This document shows, one piece after another, positions 9,180 through 17,211 of a stretch of DNA of 43,765 nucleotides. A program made the translations under genes and the position numbers. The DNA lies in sequence record ON286972.1; one strand, 5' to 3'. The notes below the pieces were generated by a model that worked only from the letters and a program-made list of their open reading frames with translations, ran no database searches and had not been told where the DNA came from. Every line of letters begins with the position of its first letter. Position 1 is the stretch's first letter.

Positions 9180-9680
9180 AATGGATGTTCATGATACAAT
9201 GATATTGTACAATTCTGTTGGCATGGATGACATGAACCTGATCCACTCGAAAATGTAGAGGGCAGTTGAGCAGTCCAGCAGTGCGAAGTGCAGAAGAAAC
9301 CCGTCAGATGTGGGCATATTATGAACCCCTCACGGCAATGCGGCACTATAAAGAACCACGTTAGGATGGCTGGTGGTTCCTCGATAGACATATAAGGATA
9401 ACACCTTACGAATTATCTAAGGGAGAGTTATCAAATTTTGTACAGGAAAGTTGCGTCCAAAATTTGAGTACTCACATTAAGTATTTGATTGCATAGATAC
9501 TTAATGAAGATACACTATGTTTAAAAGTGTAGACCGTCATATGAAACTGAAGTAGAGAGAAACAGGATGACCCGCTTTCGTACTCATTAAGAGTAATCTT
9601 CAATGCAATAGCTCTGATACCATCAGCGTCAAATTCCCCTCCCAGCGGGGGGAAGAAAAATCCCTTCCTCAAATCCCGTC
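9180..9680. ncRNA. candidate structured noncoding RNA or hairpin-rich cis element
   Basis: no credible ORF, higher GC than flanks, at least 7 stem-loops; TGnTACAAT at 9192-9200. Confidence 0.35.
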
Positions 9681-9694
9681 AATATTAAAAGTCC

Positions 9695-9723
9695 TTGACA
9701 GTTATTAATCATTCGCGTAGAAT
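9695..9723 (+). promoter_or_regulatory. sigma70 promoter
   Basis: TTGACA-17-TAGAAT. Confidence 0.8.
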
Positions 9724-9787
9724 ACGTAGTATTAGAAGCGAACAGACATCTCGAAGAGATGGATGACTAACTATTAAGGAACATTCA

Positions 9788-9997
9788 ATGAATACTACAA
9801 TCTTTTTAATTGTTGCTCTTTCAATGCAATCCGGTGTACAAATTACCCCTATGAATTCATTAAACCAATGTTTTTCTGTACGTGATAGTACATACGAACA
9901 AGTAAACAAAAATTCTTGGATGACAGTTAGTGAAGAACAAATGTGGTGTTACAAAAGTGATATTAAAGCGAAATTTATTGTAGGACAAACTCAATGA
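9788..9997 (+). CDS. small secreted two-Cys protein
   Basis: hydrophobic N-terminus, AAGGA RBS. Confidence 0.7.
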   Translation: MNTTIFLIVALSMQSGVQITPMNSLNQCFSVRDSTYEQVNKNSWMTVSEEQMWCYKSDIKAKFIVGQTQ

Positions 9998-10188
9998 TTT
10001 ATCGAGTGAGGTTTGAAGTTTGTAAAATTGTTTTCAATAGCAAAGGTGAAGCCTCACTAGATGAAACTATGCACATATATAATCTCCAATTTAGGGCAAA
10101 AACAGAAGCTGATGCATTAGTAAACATGTTTAATTTCAACCATAGGTGCGGGTATCATTTAGTAAGAGTTATAGAGGTTAAAAAGTAA
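9994..10188 (+). CDS. hypothetical protein
   Basis: ATGA coupling. Confidence 0.65.
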   Translation: MIYRVRFEVCKIVFNSKGEASLDETMHIYNLQFRAKTEADALVNMFNFNHRCGYHLVRVIEVKK

Positions 10189-10218
10189 TCACCGAATGCA
10201 GTGAAGAGGAAATCTAAA

Positions 10219-10482
10219 ATGAGTACTATCAATGCATTCAAGCACTTAGACAAAGGTATCAAACACTTTGATGTTGAATGTTTAAATTCAGGTATGAATC
10301 GTTTAGTACAAATTTACATGAAATCGTTTATAGGTATTGACAGTGCACGACTACCAGTATATAATTACTTTATTGAAAGCGTAGAAGGTGAATCACTTCG
10401 TGATTATGGTGAAAGATTTAATAAGAAAGTTTTCACTGCAATAGCAAATGAGATTCATTACTATAAACCCTATGTAATTTAA
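10219..10482 (+). CDS. hypothetical protein
   Basis: GAGGA RBS before ATG 10219. Confidence 0.7.
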   Translation: MSTINAFKHLDKGIKHFDVECLNSGMNRLVQIYMKSFIGIDSARLPVYNYFIESVEGESLRDYGERFNKKVFTAIANEIHYYKPYVI

Positions 10483-10496
10483 TTAGAGGAACTATC

Positions 10497-10664
10497 ATGC
10501 AAATCATTATCTTAATCGTTGGTATCGGTTTGGGCATCTATGGACATTCATGGGTAACTGAGAAGTTTCCTGACACCCGTCCAGATTACTGTACAACTAA
10601 AACAGAAAGTACTGAAAGTATTGGAACTAAGATCGATAAAGTAATCGAGGTGATTAAACAATGA
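10497..10664 (+). CDS. small membrane-anchored protein (55 aa, not in ORF track)
   Basis: GAGGA RBS; MQIIILIVGIGLGIYG... Confidence 0.7.
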   Translation: MQIIILIVGIGLGIYGHSWVTEKFPDTRPDYCTTKTESTESIGTKIDKVIEVIKQ

Positions 10665-10741
10665 TGAAACTTAATATATTTCTGGTTGTATTCACTGTCG
10701 TTGTTATCGGTATTGGTGCACTGGCATATATCCAACCTTAA
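10661..10741 (+). CDS. single-TM microprotein (26 aa)
   Basis: GAGG RBS, ATGA coupling; MMKLNIFLVVFTVVVIGIGALAYIQP. Confidence 0.55.
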   Translation: MMKLNIFLVVFTVVVIGIGALAYIQP

Positions 10742-10752
10742 AGGAAAAATAA

Positions 10753-10953
10753 ATGTTTAAATCGAATACAAATGTTGGTAAGCAGGTTCAATTACTTGAA
10801 GACGTATCCACTATGAGTGGAACCTTCACTAAAGGTCACATCATGACTATTATTGCCGAAACATCCCGTGGCTGGGACTTGGAAGATGCTGATGGTAATC
10901 GCATCCTTGAGGCTGGCTTCTATGGTCATCGTGAATATAAAATTATCGATTAA
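10753..10953 (+). CDS. hypothetical protein
   Basis: AAGGA RBS. Confidence 0.75.
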   Translation: MFKSNTNVGKQVQLLEDVSTMSGTFTKGHIMTIIAETSRGWDLEDADGNRILEAGFYGHREYKIID

Positions 10954-10962
10954 GGATATAAC

Positions 10963-11046
10963 ATGATGTTAGAGGCTATCGTTGGTATTATTAGTTTAGT
11001 CGTCTGTGTAGGTTGGTTTGGGTATCTGATGATTTTTGGCGATTAA
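10963..11046 (+). CDS. single-TM microprotein (27 aa)
   Basis: AAGGA RBS; MMLEAIVGIISLVVCVGWFGYLMIFGD. Confidence 0.55.
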   Translation: MMLEAIVGIISLVVCVGWFGYLMIFGD

Positions 11047-11049
11047 TAC

Positions 11050-11077
11050 TTGACATAAGATATCAGTACTGTATAAT
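11050..11077 (+). promoter_or_regulatory. sigma70 promoter
   Basis: TTGACA-16-TATAAT, AGTACT in spacer. Confidence 0.8.
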
Positions 11078-11121
11078 GTTTATATCAACGACACCCACTT
11101 TAACAAATAATAGGAAATATT

Positions 11122-11400
11122 ATGTCTTTTACCAAAGAAGAACGTGACCTTATTAAAAAAGCAATCTGGTTTTATGCTAATGAAGGGGAGTGCGATGAAG
11201 AAAAAGCACGTGAACTGTGTAATATCCTTGAGCAGAAACAAGAACTGAAAGTTTATCGTATCCGTGTTTTGGATGACGGGGATCGTATTGTCCTAGCTGA
11301 AACAAAAGAAGAAGCAGAACAAATCTTCACTGATAAAAACGAAAATCCACATTGGATGGAAGAAGTCTGTGAAGTAAAAAAAGGTACTTATATCGATTGA
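11122..11400 (+). CDS. hypothetical protein
   Basis: AGGA RBS. Confidence 0.75.
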   Translation: MSFTKEERDLIKKAIWFYANEGECDEEKARELCNILEQKQELKVYRIRVLDDGDRIVLAETKEEAEQIFTDKNENPHWMEEVCEVKKGTYID

Positions 11401-11425
11401 CTGTACTGAATAATAGCAGTATAAT
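11397..11425 (+). promoter_or_regulatory. sigma70 promoter
   Basis: TTGACT-17-TATAAT. Confidence 0.8.
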
Positions 11426-11437
11426 GTTTATATCAAA

Positions 11438-11497
11438 GGGAATGCAGTGAAAGGAAAGACAGCATAATCGTACTCGTCACTGCGTTCCCGCCCTTTT
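11438..11497 (+). other. 13-bp leader stem-loop followed by T-run
   Basis: GGGAATGCAGTGA...TCACTGCGTTCCC then GCCCTTTT. Confidence 0.55.
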
Positions 11498-11518
11498 AAA
11501 TTAAATGAGGAATTAACT

Positions 11519-11827
11519 ATGTTTCAAACTAACACTCAAGGTTTTGTAATCATCGATTTGAATCAAAACAGCGGTTATTGGATGAAACCTACTGACGCAT
11601 GTATGCAGTTTGATTTCTTAGGTTACAGAATTAGTGTAAGTACTGGTGCTTCTGTACTGCGTGGTGGTTGTATCGTTGAACATCTGGTAACTGATCCAGA
11701 AGGTCGTGAGTATGAAATCGCAGGTTCAGTACAAGATGCCATTATGTTTGTATGTCAGCGTGAAATGAATGGTTCGAATTCAAATGCACTGACTCATGCT
11801 CTTTCTCAAGAAGTGGAGGTTCGTTAA
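11519..11827 (+). CDS. hypothetical protein
   Basis: GAGGA RBS. Confidence 0.75.
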   Translation: MFQTNTQGFVIIDLNQNSGYWMKPTDACMQFDFLGYRISVSTGASVLRGGCIVEHLVTDPEGREYEIAGSVQDAIMFVCQREMNGSNSNALTHALSQEVEVR

Positions 11828-12072
11828 TGAAATATATTGTAGCAGTACTAATTGCTTTCCTACTCACTGCATGTGATGCTTCAACAAAAGAACGAACTGG
11901 TGAGTTTGTTTTACCAACTGAACTCAAAGAAGCAGGGTGTAAGATTTATCGTATGCAACAGGAAGGTGCAGGTGCAACTTTGTACACTGTTTACTGTCCT
12001 AATGCAAACACTACTACGTCTTATATGAGTGGTAAAGTTCGCGTGGATACATCTGTGGTTCATGGAGAATAA
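11827..12072 (+). CDS. small lipoprotein
   Basis: lipobox LTAC after hydrophobic leader. Confidence 0.75.
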   Translation: MKYIVAVLIAFLLTACDASTKERTGEFVLPTELKEAGCKIYRMQQEGAGATLYTVYCPNANTTTSYMSGKVRVDTSVVHGE

Positions 12073-12074
12073 CA

Positions 12075-12443
12075 ATGAGTCTTGATACTACTCGTTCGGC
12101 AAATATCTTGGAACGTTTGAATGATGAAGAATATCTTGCTAATGCAAAATATCAGCTTGAAAAACTCATTCGAAATGTAAAATATGTTGATATCACTACA
12201 CAGCTTCCACTAGATGAATATCACAAGTTAAACGAAGATATTGTATATCACCCAAATGAAATTTGGATTGAGTGGGAATCATGGACTCATTCGGTTCTCC
12301 GTATCGAAGGATATTGTGTGAAATATGAAAGTTCACCAGGTGATTTTACAAAAAAACTGTCGATATTGTGCACTGACACACATGAAATAGTTGAGGTGAA
12401 TTTGAATCATATGAAGGGTTGCCGTTGGGGAGATGTTAAATGA
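12075..12443 (+). CDS. hypothetical protein
   Basis: GGAG RBS. Confidence 0.75.
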   Translation: MSLDTTRSANILERLNDEEYLANAKYQLEKLIRNVKYVDITTQLPLDEYHKLNEDIVYHPNEIWIEWESWTHSVLRIEGYCVKYESSPGDFTKKLSILCTDTHEIVEVNLNHMKGCRWGDVK

Positions 12444-12715
12444 TTAAAAAACTCTTGACGGTGTTTGTTGTATTCTGTACAATGTTTCTTACAGCATGTA
12501 ATGATGACGGCAGGTTCAGTGCAAAAGACTTAGTTCGTCAGGATTGTACATTCACAGGTAAGTCTTTTATTAACGAATATGAAATATGTACACAAGCAGG
12601 ACGTATTTGTGGGGGTTGGGAAAAACGTCAGGAGCGTCTGTATGTATATGATTGTCCAGGACACCTCAACAAAGTACTAAGCACACACAAACTTGTTTAT
12701 GATAAGGTTGAATAA
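12440..12715 (+). CDS. small Cys-rich lipoprotein
   Basis: lipobox LTAC; four further Cys. Confidence 0.75.
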   Translation: MIKKLLTVFVVFCTMFLTACNDDGRFSAKDLVRQDCTFTGKSFINEYEICTQAGRICGGWEKRQERLYVYDCPGHLNKVLSTHKLVYDKVE

Positions 12716-12924
12716 TGACTACCAATGAAATGATGCAGGTTATTTGGAATAAAGGTTGTGATATTAAAATCACTAGTACTGATGTTCGTGTATTCAAAAC
12801 TGAATACATGGAATACTTGGACCTTGATACTTATAATAATATTGTATCAATTGAACACAAAGGTGCAGTACTGGAAACAATTGACGTTGTTCTCAAGAAA
12901 GCAACGGATTTATTGGGAGCATAA
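12715..12924 (+). CDS. hypothetical protein
   Basis: TAATG coupling. Confidence 0.65.
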   Translation: MTTNEMMQVIWNKGCDIKITSTDVRVFKTEYMEYLDLDTYNNIVSIEHKGAVLETIDVVLKKATDLLGA

Positions 12925-12925
12925 G

Positions 12926-13072
12926 GTGAACAATAAAGAATGGGAAGAGTACCGCAAGAAGTGCCGAGAGTTTGATAAAGAACTCACTGGTACTGTGAAC
13001 GCAGTAATGTGGGTATCTGCAATAATTGCAGTACTGGGACTGTTTGCAGTTATCATTAATAAGTTTTTTTGA
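12926..13072 (+). CDS. small membrane protein
   Basis: GTG 12926 after GGAG; C-terminal TM. Confidence 0.6.
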   Translation: MNNKEWEEYRKKCREFDKELTGTVNAVMWVSAIIAVLGLFAVIINKFF

Positions 13073-13081
13073 GGAATACAC

Positions 13082-13282
13082 ATGTTTACTTTATATCTAG
13101 CTGTAGTACTAACAAATGGTGAAATCACACGTACATTCGGTGATGGTGTATATAAAACACCTGAGCAGTGTTATTCTGCGACACACTGGCCTCGTGATGC
13201 TGGTGACGAAACTCGTACCGAATACAAATGTATGAAGGTCAAAGGTGACTTTGTTAACCTTAAGGTCATTGAGGTGAAGTAG
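13082..13282 (+). CDS. hypothetical two-Cys protein
   Basis: GAGGA RBS. Confidence 0.7.
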   Translation: MFTLYLAVVLTNGEITRTFGDGVYKTPEQCYSATHWPRDAGDETRTEYKCMKVKGDFVNLKVIEVK

Positions 13283-13788
13283 TGAATCTTAGTACTGATA
13301 AGTTTGTAAAGTTCATAGAGTTTATCAATTTCAATGAGAGCTACAATGGTACGTACAATACTATGAATATTGTATCTGATAAAGTATTTGATAGTACAAT
13401 GTTCTATTTGTATGATACAAACGGTGATAAGCTGTGTGATGTTACATTCGGTATTGGTGATCTTTTTGAATCTGCGGTTTATCTATCTAAACCAACGGTG
13501 CGTGATACATATGAAATTCACTTTCATAATAGACCGAATCACAAAAACATTGTAGAATATGATATACCATCATCACACGAACTGTTCATTGTAGATTACA
13601 GTACTGAAGAGGGTGTATTTCAAAGTTCATTGCTATACAACTTTGAACTACACGATCCTGATATTCCTAAAGTACTGGCAATTTCGAATAAGGTATGTGA
13701 ATTGCCATATAACATATACATGTCAGTTCCTGGTAAAAGAGTAGGTAATTTCTGTAAAGCCTTTGACATACAAGCGGATGATAAATGA
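13282..13788 (+). CDS. hypothetical protein (EExxFQxSL family)
   Basis: motif STEEGVFQSSL shared with 18804 gene. Confidence 0.7.
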   Translation: MNLSTDKFVKFIEFINFNESYNGTYNTMNIVSDKVFDSTMFYLYDTNGDKLCDVTFGIGDLFESAVYLSKPTVRDTYEIHFHNRPNHKNIVEYDIPSSHELFIVDYSTEEGVFQSSLLYNFELHDPDIPKVLAISNKVCELPYNIYMSVPGKRVGNFCKAFDIQADDK

Positions 13789-14009
13789 ACAGATACGTGA
13801 TTGAATACGTGGGTATATCTGAATTTGATAACATTCGTGGCTATGAAAAGGTCATGAGTGAACGCACGATATATGTTAGGGGTCGCGATGAAGCCCATGT
13901 TCTCTCTTTACTGTTAAATGACCTGACAAAGTTCAATACAACAAAGACACAACGTTATATTGAAACAATTAAATCTATTAAACTTTTAGACGAGGATGAT
14001 GAAGAATGA
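13785..14009 (+). CDS. hypothetical protein
   Basis: ATGA coupling. Confidence 0.7.
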   Translation: MNRYVIEYVGISEFDNIRGYEKVMSERTIYVRGRDEAHVLSLLLNDLTKFNTTKTQRYIETIKSIKLLDEDDEE

Positions 14010-14218
14010 ATTTATATCTAGTAGAAGGTACAGTGCAGGTTTTCCGTTTTGATGGTGATCGTGGTATGCGTTTCTCACATGTTGAAGAATTTAAATTTGT
14101 CGTACATGCAGAAGGTGAGTACGAAGCTGAGATTAAAGTATCTGAATCCTTTGATAAGAAAGAAACCGTAGATGTACAGTATCAGCAACTACAATTTAAA
14201 GTGTGGCCTACGCTTTAA
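14006..14218 (+). CDS. hypothetical protein
   Basis: ATGA coupling. Confidence 0.7.
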   Translation: MNLYLVEGTVQVFRFDGDRGMRFSHVEEFKFVVHAEGEYEAEIKVSESFDKKETVDVQYQQLQFKVWPTL

Positions 14219-14222
14219 AAAC

Positions 14223-14251
14223 TTGACACGCATGTAAAAAGCGAGTATTAT
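14223..14251 (+). promoter_or_regulatory. sigma70 promoter
   Basis: TTGACA-17-TATTAT. Confidence 0.75.
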
Positions 14252-14282
14252 ATCTGTATTATGAATTAACTGAGGAATACGT

Positions 14283-14948
14283 ATGCTCGCCAATTTAAGT
14301 TACATTATTAGTGATGATATGGTACAAAGTCGTGGGATGTATCTTGAGAAAGTTCCATACGATAGCGATGGTATCAAAGGAACTTTATACGAAAGTCGTT
14401 TTGACAGAAAGCATCCATTCTGGGAAAAGGCTAATCTAACGGAAGAAGATAGTAATCGTTTATTTTGTGCTGTGCAGACACCTACACCTGGTATATTAGC
14501 GGGTTATGGTATAGATAAAGTCATTAACTTTATGACAGACTATGAAGTTATTGAACGTCTTCAATATATTAATACGAACAATGGTGAGTTCTATAATTCT
14601 GATGATTTTCTTGCTATGTGTAGTGCTTCATATGAGAGTGAATTATTGCCAAGTGGTAGACCATTCCCATTGTCAACACATTGTAATTCCCCTTACGGTG
14701 TAGCTGACAACTTACAGCAGATCCTTAAGAAACATAAGAATGTTCTTACATCTGAAATGGAAGTTGTTATTGGATTTCATCCAGTGTACAAGGAAGATCA
14801 ACCTGAACATGGTGGGTGGCGTTGGCATAAGCACGGCACATACATTGGTACTCATAAGAAAAAGCATGAGTACTTGTATGATGAAGAAGGTATTGATGTT
14901 GTTTATTGTTACGAACTAATCCCAGTAAAGAAAAAGGAAACACTATAA
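14283..14948 (+). CDS. phage hypothetical protein (GGWRWHKxGxYIG motif)
   Basis: GAGGA RBS; distinctive Trp/His motif. Confidence 0.8.
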   Translation: MLANLSYIISDDMVQSRGMYLEKVPYDSDGIKGTLYESRFDRKHPFWEKANLTEEDSNRLFCAVQTPTPGILAGYGIDKVINFMTDYEVIERLQYINTNNGEFYNSDDFLAMCSASYESELLPSGRPFPLSTHCNSPYGVADNLQQILKKHKNVLTSEMEVVIGFHPVYKEDQPEHGGWRWHKHGTYIGTHKKKHEYLYDEEGIDVVYCYELIPVKKKETL

Positions 14949-15190
14949 TGTTAATTTTATACGTTGTACTGATTTTATTAGTTAACTTTTCTCCAACTAT
15001 TTTAACTTTAGTATGGGGTAAATTTTATGATGCTGTAAAAGTATTTCTCTTGAATACTGCATGGGTATTGGTAAGTCTGACTCTTTATTGGTCTACTGAT
15101 TGGATGATGATTGTGAGTCATATACTACTATATATTTCATTCCTAATGTTGTTCCAAGAAAAAGAAGTACTTGACAAACTTGAAGGTTAG
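14948..15190 (+). CDS. membrane protein
   Basis: TAATG coupling; hydrophobic. Confidence 0.7.
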   Translation: MLILYVVLILLVNFSPTILTLVWGKFYDAVKVFLLNTAWVLVSLTLYWSTDWMMIVSHILLYISFLMLFQEKEVLDKLEG

Positions 15191-15199
15191 ACCTATAAT
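15171..15199 (+). promoter_or_regulatory. sigma70 promoter
   Basis: TTGACA-17-TATAAT preceded by AGTACT. Confidence 0.85.
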
Positions 15200-15222
15200 A
15201 TCCTTCTACTAAGGGGGATATT

Positions 15223-15483
15223 ATGGCAGTAGGTTTTGGTTCACCTGATAACCACCAAGAAACAATACAAGCAACAATTGATAATGCTATTGACTTTGCT
15301 CGCTCAAATCTGTATAGTGGTGAGTCTGAAGAGTACTGCATCGACTGTGACTGTGAGATACCAGAGAAGCGGAGGTTAGTACTGAAGGGTGTAAAACGAT
15401 GTGTTCAGTGTCAATCAAAGGTTGACAAGGTATATCAAGAGCGTTATAATAGACGTGGAAGTAAAGACAGCCAACTCCGTTAA
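15223..15483 (+). CDS. ybiI: DksA/TraR family C4 zinc-finger protein (YbiI-like)
   Basis: CIDC..EIPEKRR..GVKRCVQCQ and the C-terminus YNRRGSKDSQLR as in enterobacterial YbiI. Confidence 0.9.
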   Translation: MAVGFGSPDNHQETIQATIDNAIDFARSNLYSGESEEYCIDCDCEIPEKRRLVLKGVKRCVQCQSKVDKVYQERYNRRGSKDSQLR

Positions 15484-15503
15484 ATTAATATGAGGAACTA
15501 CTA

Positions 15504-15836
15504 ATGTTATCATTTATTCTTTCTATCCCTTGTTTTGTTCTTCTTTTTGTATTACTTTTTGAAGCATTCCAGAAAGATGAAGAAGTTAAAAATGACCTAC
15601 GTAAACTATTCAATCTGGATAGTCCAGTAGTTAGGATCTTTTATGTTTTAGTATGTGTGTATGCGGTTGTGTGGCTATTGGGCTTTTTATTACCACTATC
15701 TACTGTACTTGCATGGATTTCCGTTGTTGAAAATTTAGTAGCTATTGTATGGTTTATTCAATGTTTGTTTAGTGGTTTGGTTTCTGATTGGATTTTCTTA
15801 CTTAAAATGAAGTTTAAATCAAAATCTGATAAGTAA
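15504..15836 (+). CDS. membrane protein
   Basis: three hydrophobic segments. Confidence 0.75.
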   Translation: MLSFILSIPCFVLLFVLLFEAFQKDEEVKNDLRKLFNLDSPVVRIFYVLVCVYAVVWLLGFLLPLSTVLAWISVVENLVAIVWFIQCLFSGLVSDWIFLLKMKFKSKSDK

Positions 15837-15871
15837 TAACCAAGTACTCATATAAAATACAGAATAGTATT

Positions 15872-15910
15872 AAATACTTGTGTACTAGTTAAGTACGCAA
15901 GTATTTTTTT
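15872..15910 (+). terminator. hairpin with GTAC arms and T-tract
   Basis: AAATACTTGTGTAC-TAGTTAA-GTACGCAAGTATTTTTTT. Confidence 0.6.
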
Positions 15911-15927
15911 ATTATTTTGAGGTTAAT

Positions 15928-16293
15928 ATGGGAAAGCTTACAATTATAATAGCCATGATAATGGCACTTAATGTTATGCCAGTTGAAGCTAACGAGGACG
16001 TTGCGTGGTTCGATTGCATAGGAAATGATGGACAGTGGCATACGTTTTCCAGTGATCCATATAATGGTACTGATATACTAATAGATGGTGAAAATTATCG
16101 TTTTGTTAGTGAAAGTAAAATTGGCAACAAAAAGGTATCGACATTTAGAACTGATTCTGGTATAATTGCTAATGTCATAATGATAGTTGATCCTGAAAAT
16201 AATACAGGGGATATATATGTAGTGGTTTACCGTGATCATTCCAATAAAAGAAGTCTGGATCTTGATAAACTTCATTTACATTGTCAAATATAA
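15928..16293 (+). CDS. periplasmic two-Cys protein
   Basis: signal peptide; IxIDGxxY motif shared with 16679 gene. Confidence 0.7.
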   Translation: MGKLTIIIAMIMALNVMPVEANEDVAWFDCIGNDGQWHTFSSDPYNGTDILIDGENYRFVSESKIGNKKVSTFRTDSGIIANVIMIVDPENNTGDIYVVVYRDHSNKRSLDLDKLHLHCQI

Positions 16294-16307
16294 TTTAAGG
16301 TAAATCT

Positions 16308-16682
16308 ATGTTCAATAGTATCATTGGGTTCTCATTAGTACTTCCACAAATCATTTTTGGTATTTGTTTTGTAACTTTTATGATGGGGTCAATCTATGGT
16401 ATATGGTATTACATTTTAAAACAATCAGATGGAATCATTTTAAAAATAACAATGCATTTTGATGTGGATTCACCAGCATGGAATTCATCTATTATTACCA
16501 ATACATTGTATTTTATGATGATCATTTTGGAACAATTGGGATTTGTATCTAATAGTAATGTTTCTATGACCGCAGGTATGGCAAGTATTTGTTGTTTGTG
16601 GTATATTGTTTATAAGATTGATGTGTTGTATAATATGTATCGTGAAATGGTATTGAACAGAGATATGCAGAGGAAAAAATGA
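16308..16682 (+). CDS. membrane protein
   Basis: three hydrophobic segments. Confidence 0.7.
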   Translation: MFNSIIGFSLVLPQIIFGICFVTFMMGSIYGIWYYILKQSDGIILKITMHFDVDSPAWNSSIITNTLYFMMIILEQLGFVSNSNVSMTAGMASICCLWYIVYKIDVLYNMYREMVLNRDMQRKK

Positions 16683-17032
16683 TGAAAGTTATATTATTTT
16701 TTATGTGTATTATTATGTGTGGTGTCTCTTATGCTGCACCCTTAGCCGGATTGCTTTGTAAAGAGAATTCTGAACAACACATATTCCAAGGGGATTCAGA
16801 TGACCTTGATATCATTTACATCGATGGTACTGAATATACATACGTTAAAGACCATACTGTTGGTGATATCAGTTTCACTGAATATGCAAAAACAGGTGAC
16901 ACTGATTATAGAGCCTACCTTCAAGTGAATATGATAGAGGGTGAAGACGGAACACAAGAAGTCAAACTCGTACTTAAACGTATTGGAGATAAGGAGGCTG
17001 ATTTTGGAGGTGAGTGTACATATGATGATTGA
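16679..17032 (+). CDS. periplasmic two-Cys protein
   Basis: signal peptide ending SYA; IYIDGTEY. Confidence 0.7.
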   Translation: MMKVILFFMCIIMCGVSYAAPLAGLLCKENSEQHIFQGDSDDLDIIYIDGTEYTYVKDHTVGDISFTEYAKTGDTDYRAYLQVNMIEGEDGTQEVKLVLKRIGDKEADFGGECTYDD

Positions 17033-17034
17033 TT

Positions 17035-17072
17035 AAAAAAGGTTGACTAACGTCAGCCTTTTTTGTTATACT
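17035..17072 (+). promoter_or_regulatory. fused terminator/promoter element (copy 2)
   Basis: AAAAAAGGTTGAC-TAAC-GTCAGCCTTTTTT-GT-TATACT. Confidence 0.85.
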
Positions 17073-17081
17073 GATCCCAAT

Positions 17082-17207
17082 ATGCTTGCATTTCTTCAAG
17101 TTGATGTATATGAAGAAAGTAATGGCGAACAGTATGTTAAACTTGTGATGATGCGTAAGGCAGCAAAACAGGCAACATTCGGTGGCTTGTGTAAATATGA
17201 GGACTAA
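17082..17207 (+). pseudogene. 3' remnant paralogous to C-terminus of 16679 gene
   Basis: AFLQVDVYEESNGEQYVKLVMMR..ATFGGLCKYED vs AYLQVNMIEGEDGTQEVKLVLKR..ADFGGECTYDD. Confidence 0.75.
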
Positions 17208-17211
17208 ACAT

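Noticed and set aside
9180-9680. RNase P RNA, tmRNA, tRNA or group I intron
   Set aside because: Partial look-alikes (AGGAAAGT, AGATGGATGAC) lack the remaining conserved elements; no tRNA arms, tag frame or P7 pair recognised.
9152-9909. Short minus-strand ORFs 9152-9391, 9472-9672 and 9709-9909
   Set aside because: No RBS, atypical composition, antisense to promoters or genes; likely chance ORFs.
11768-11782. GGTTCGAATTC resembling a tRNA T-loop
   Set aside because: Inside a coding sequence with no acceptor or anticodon stems.
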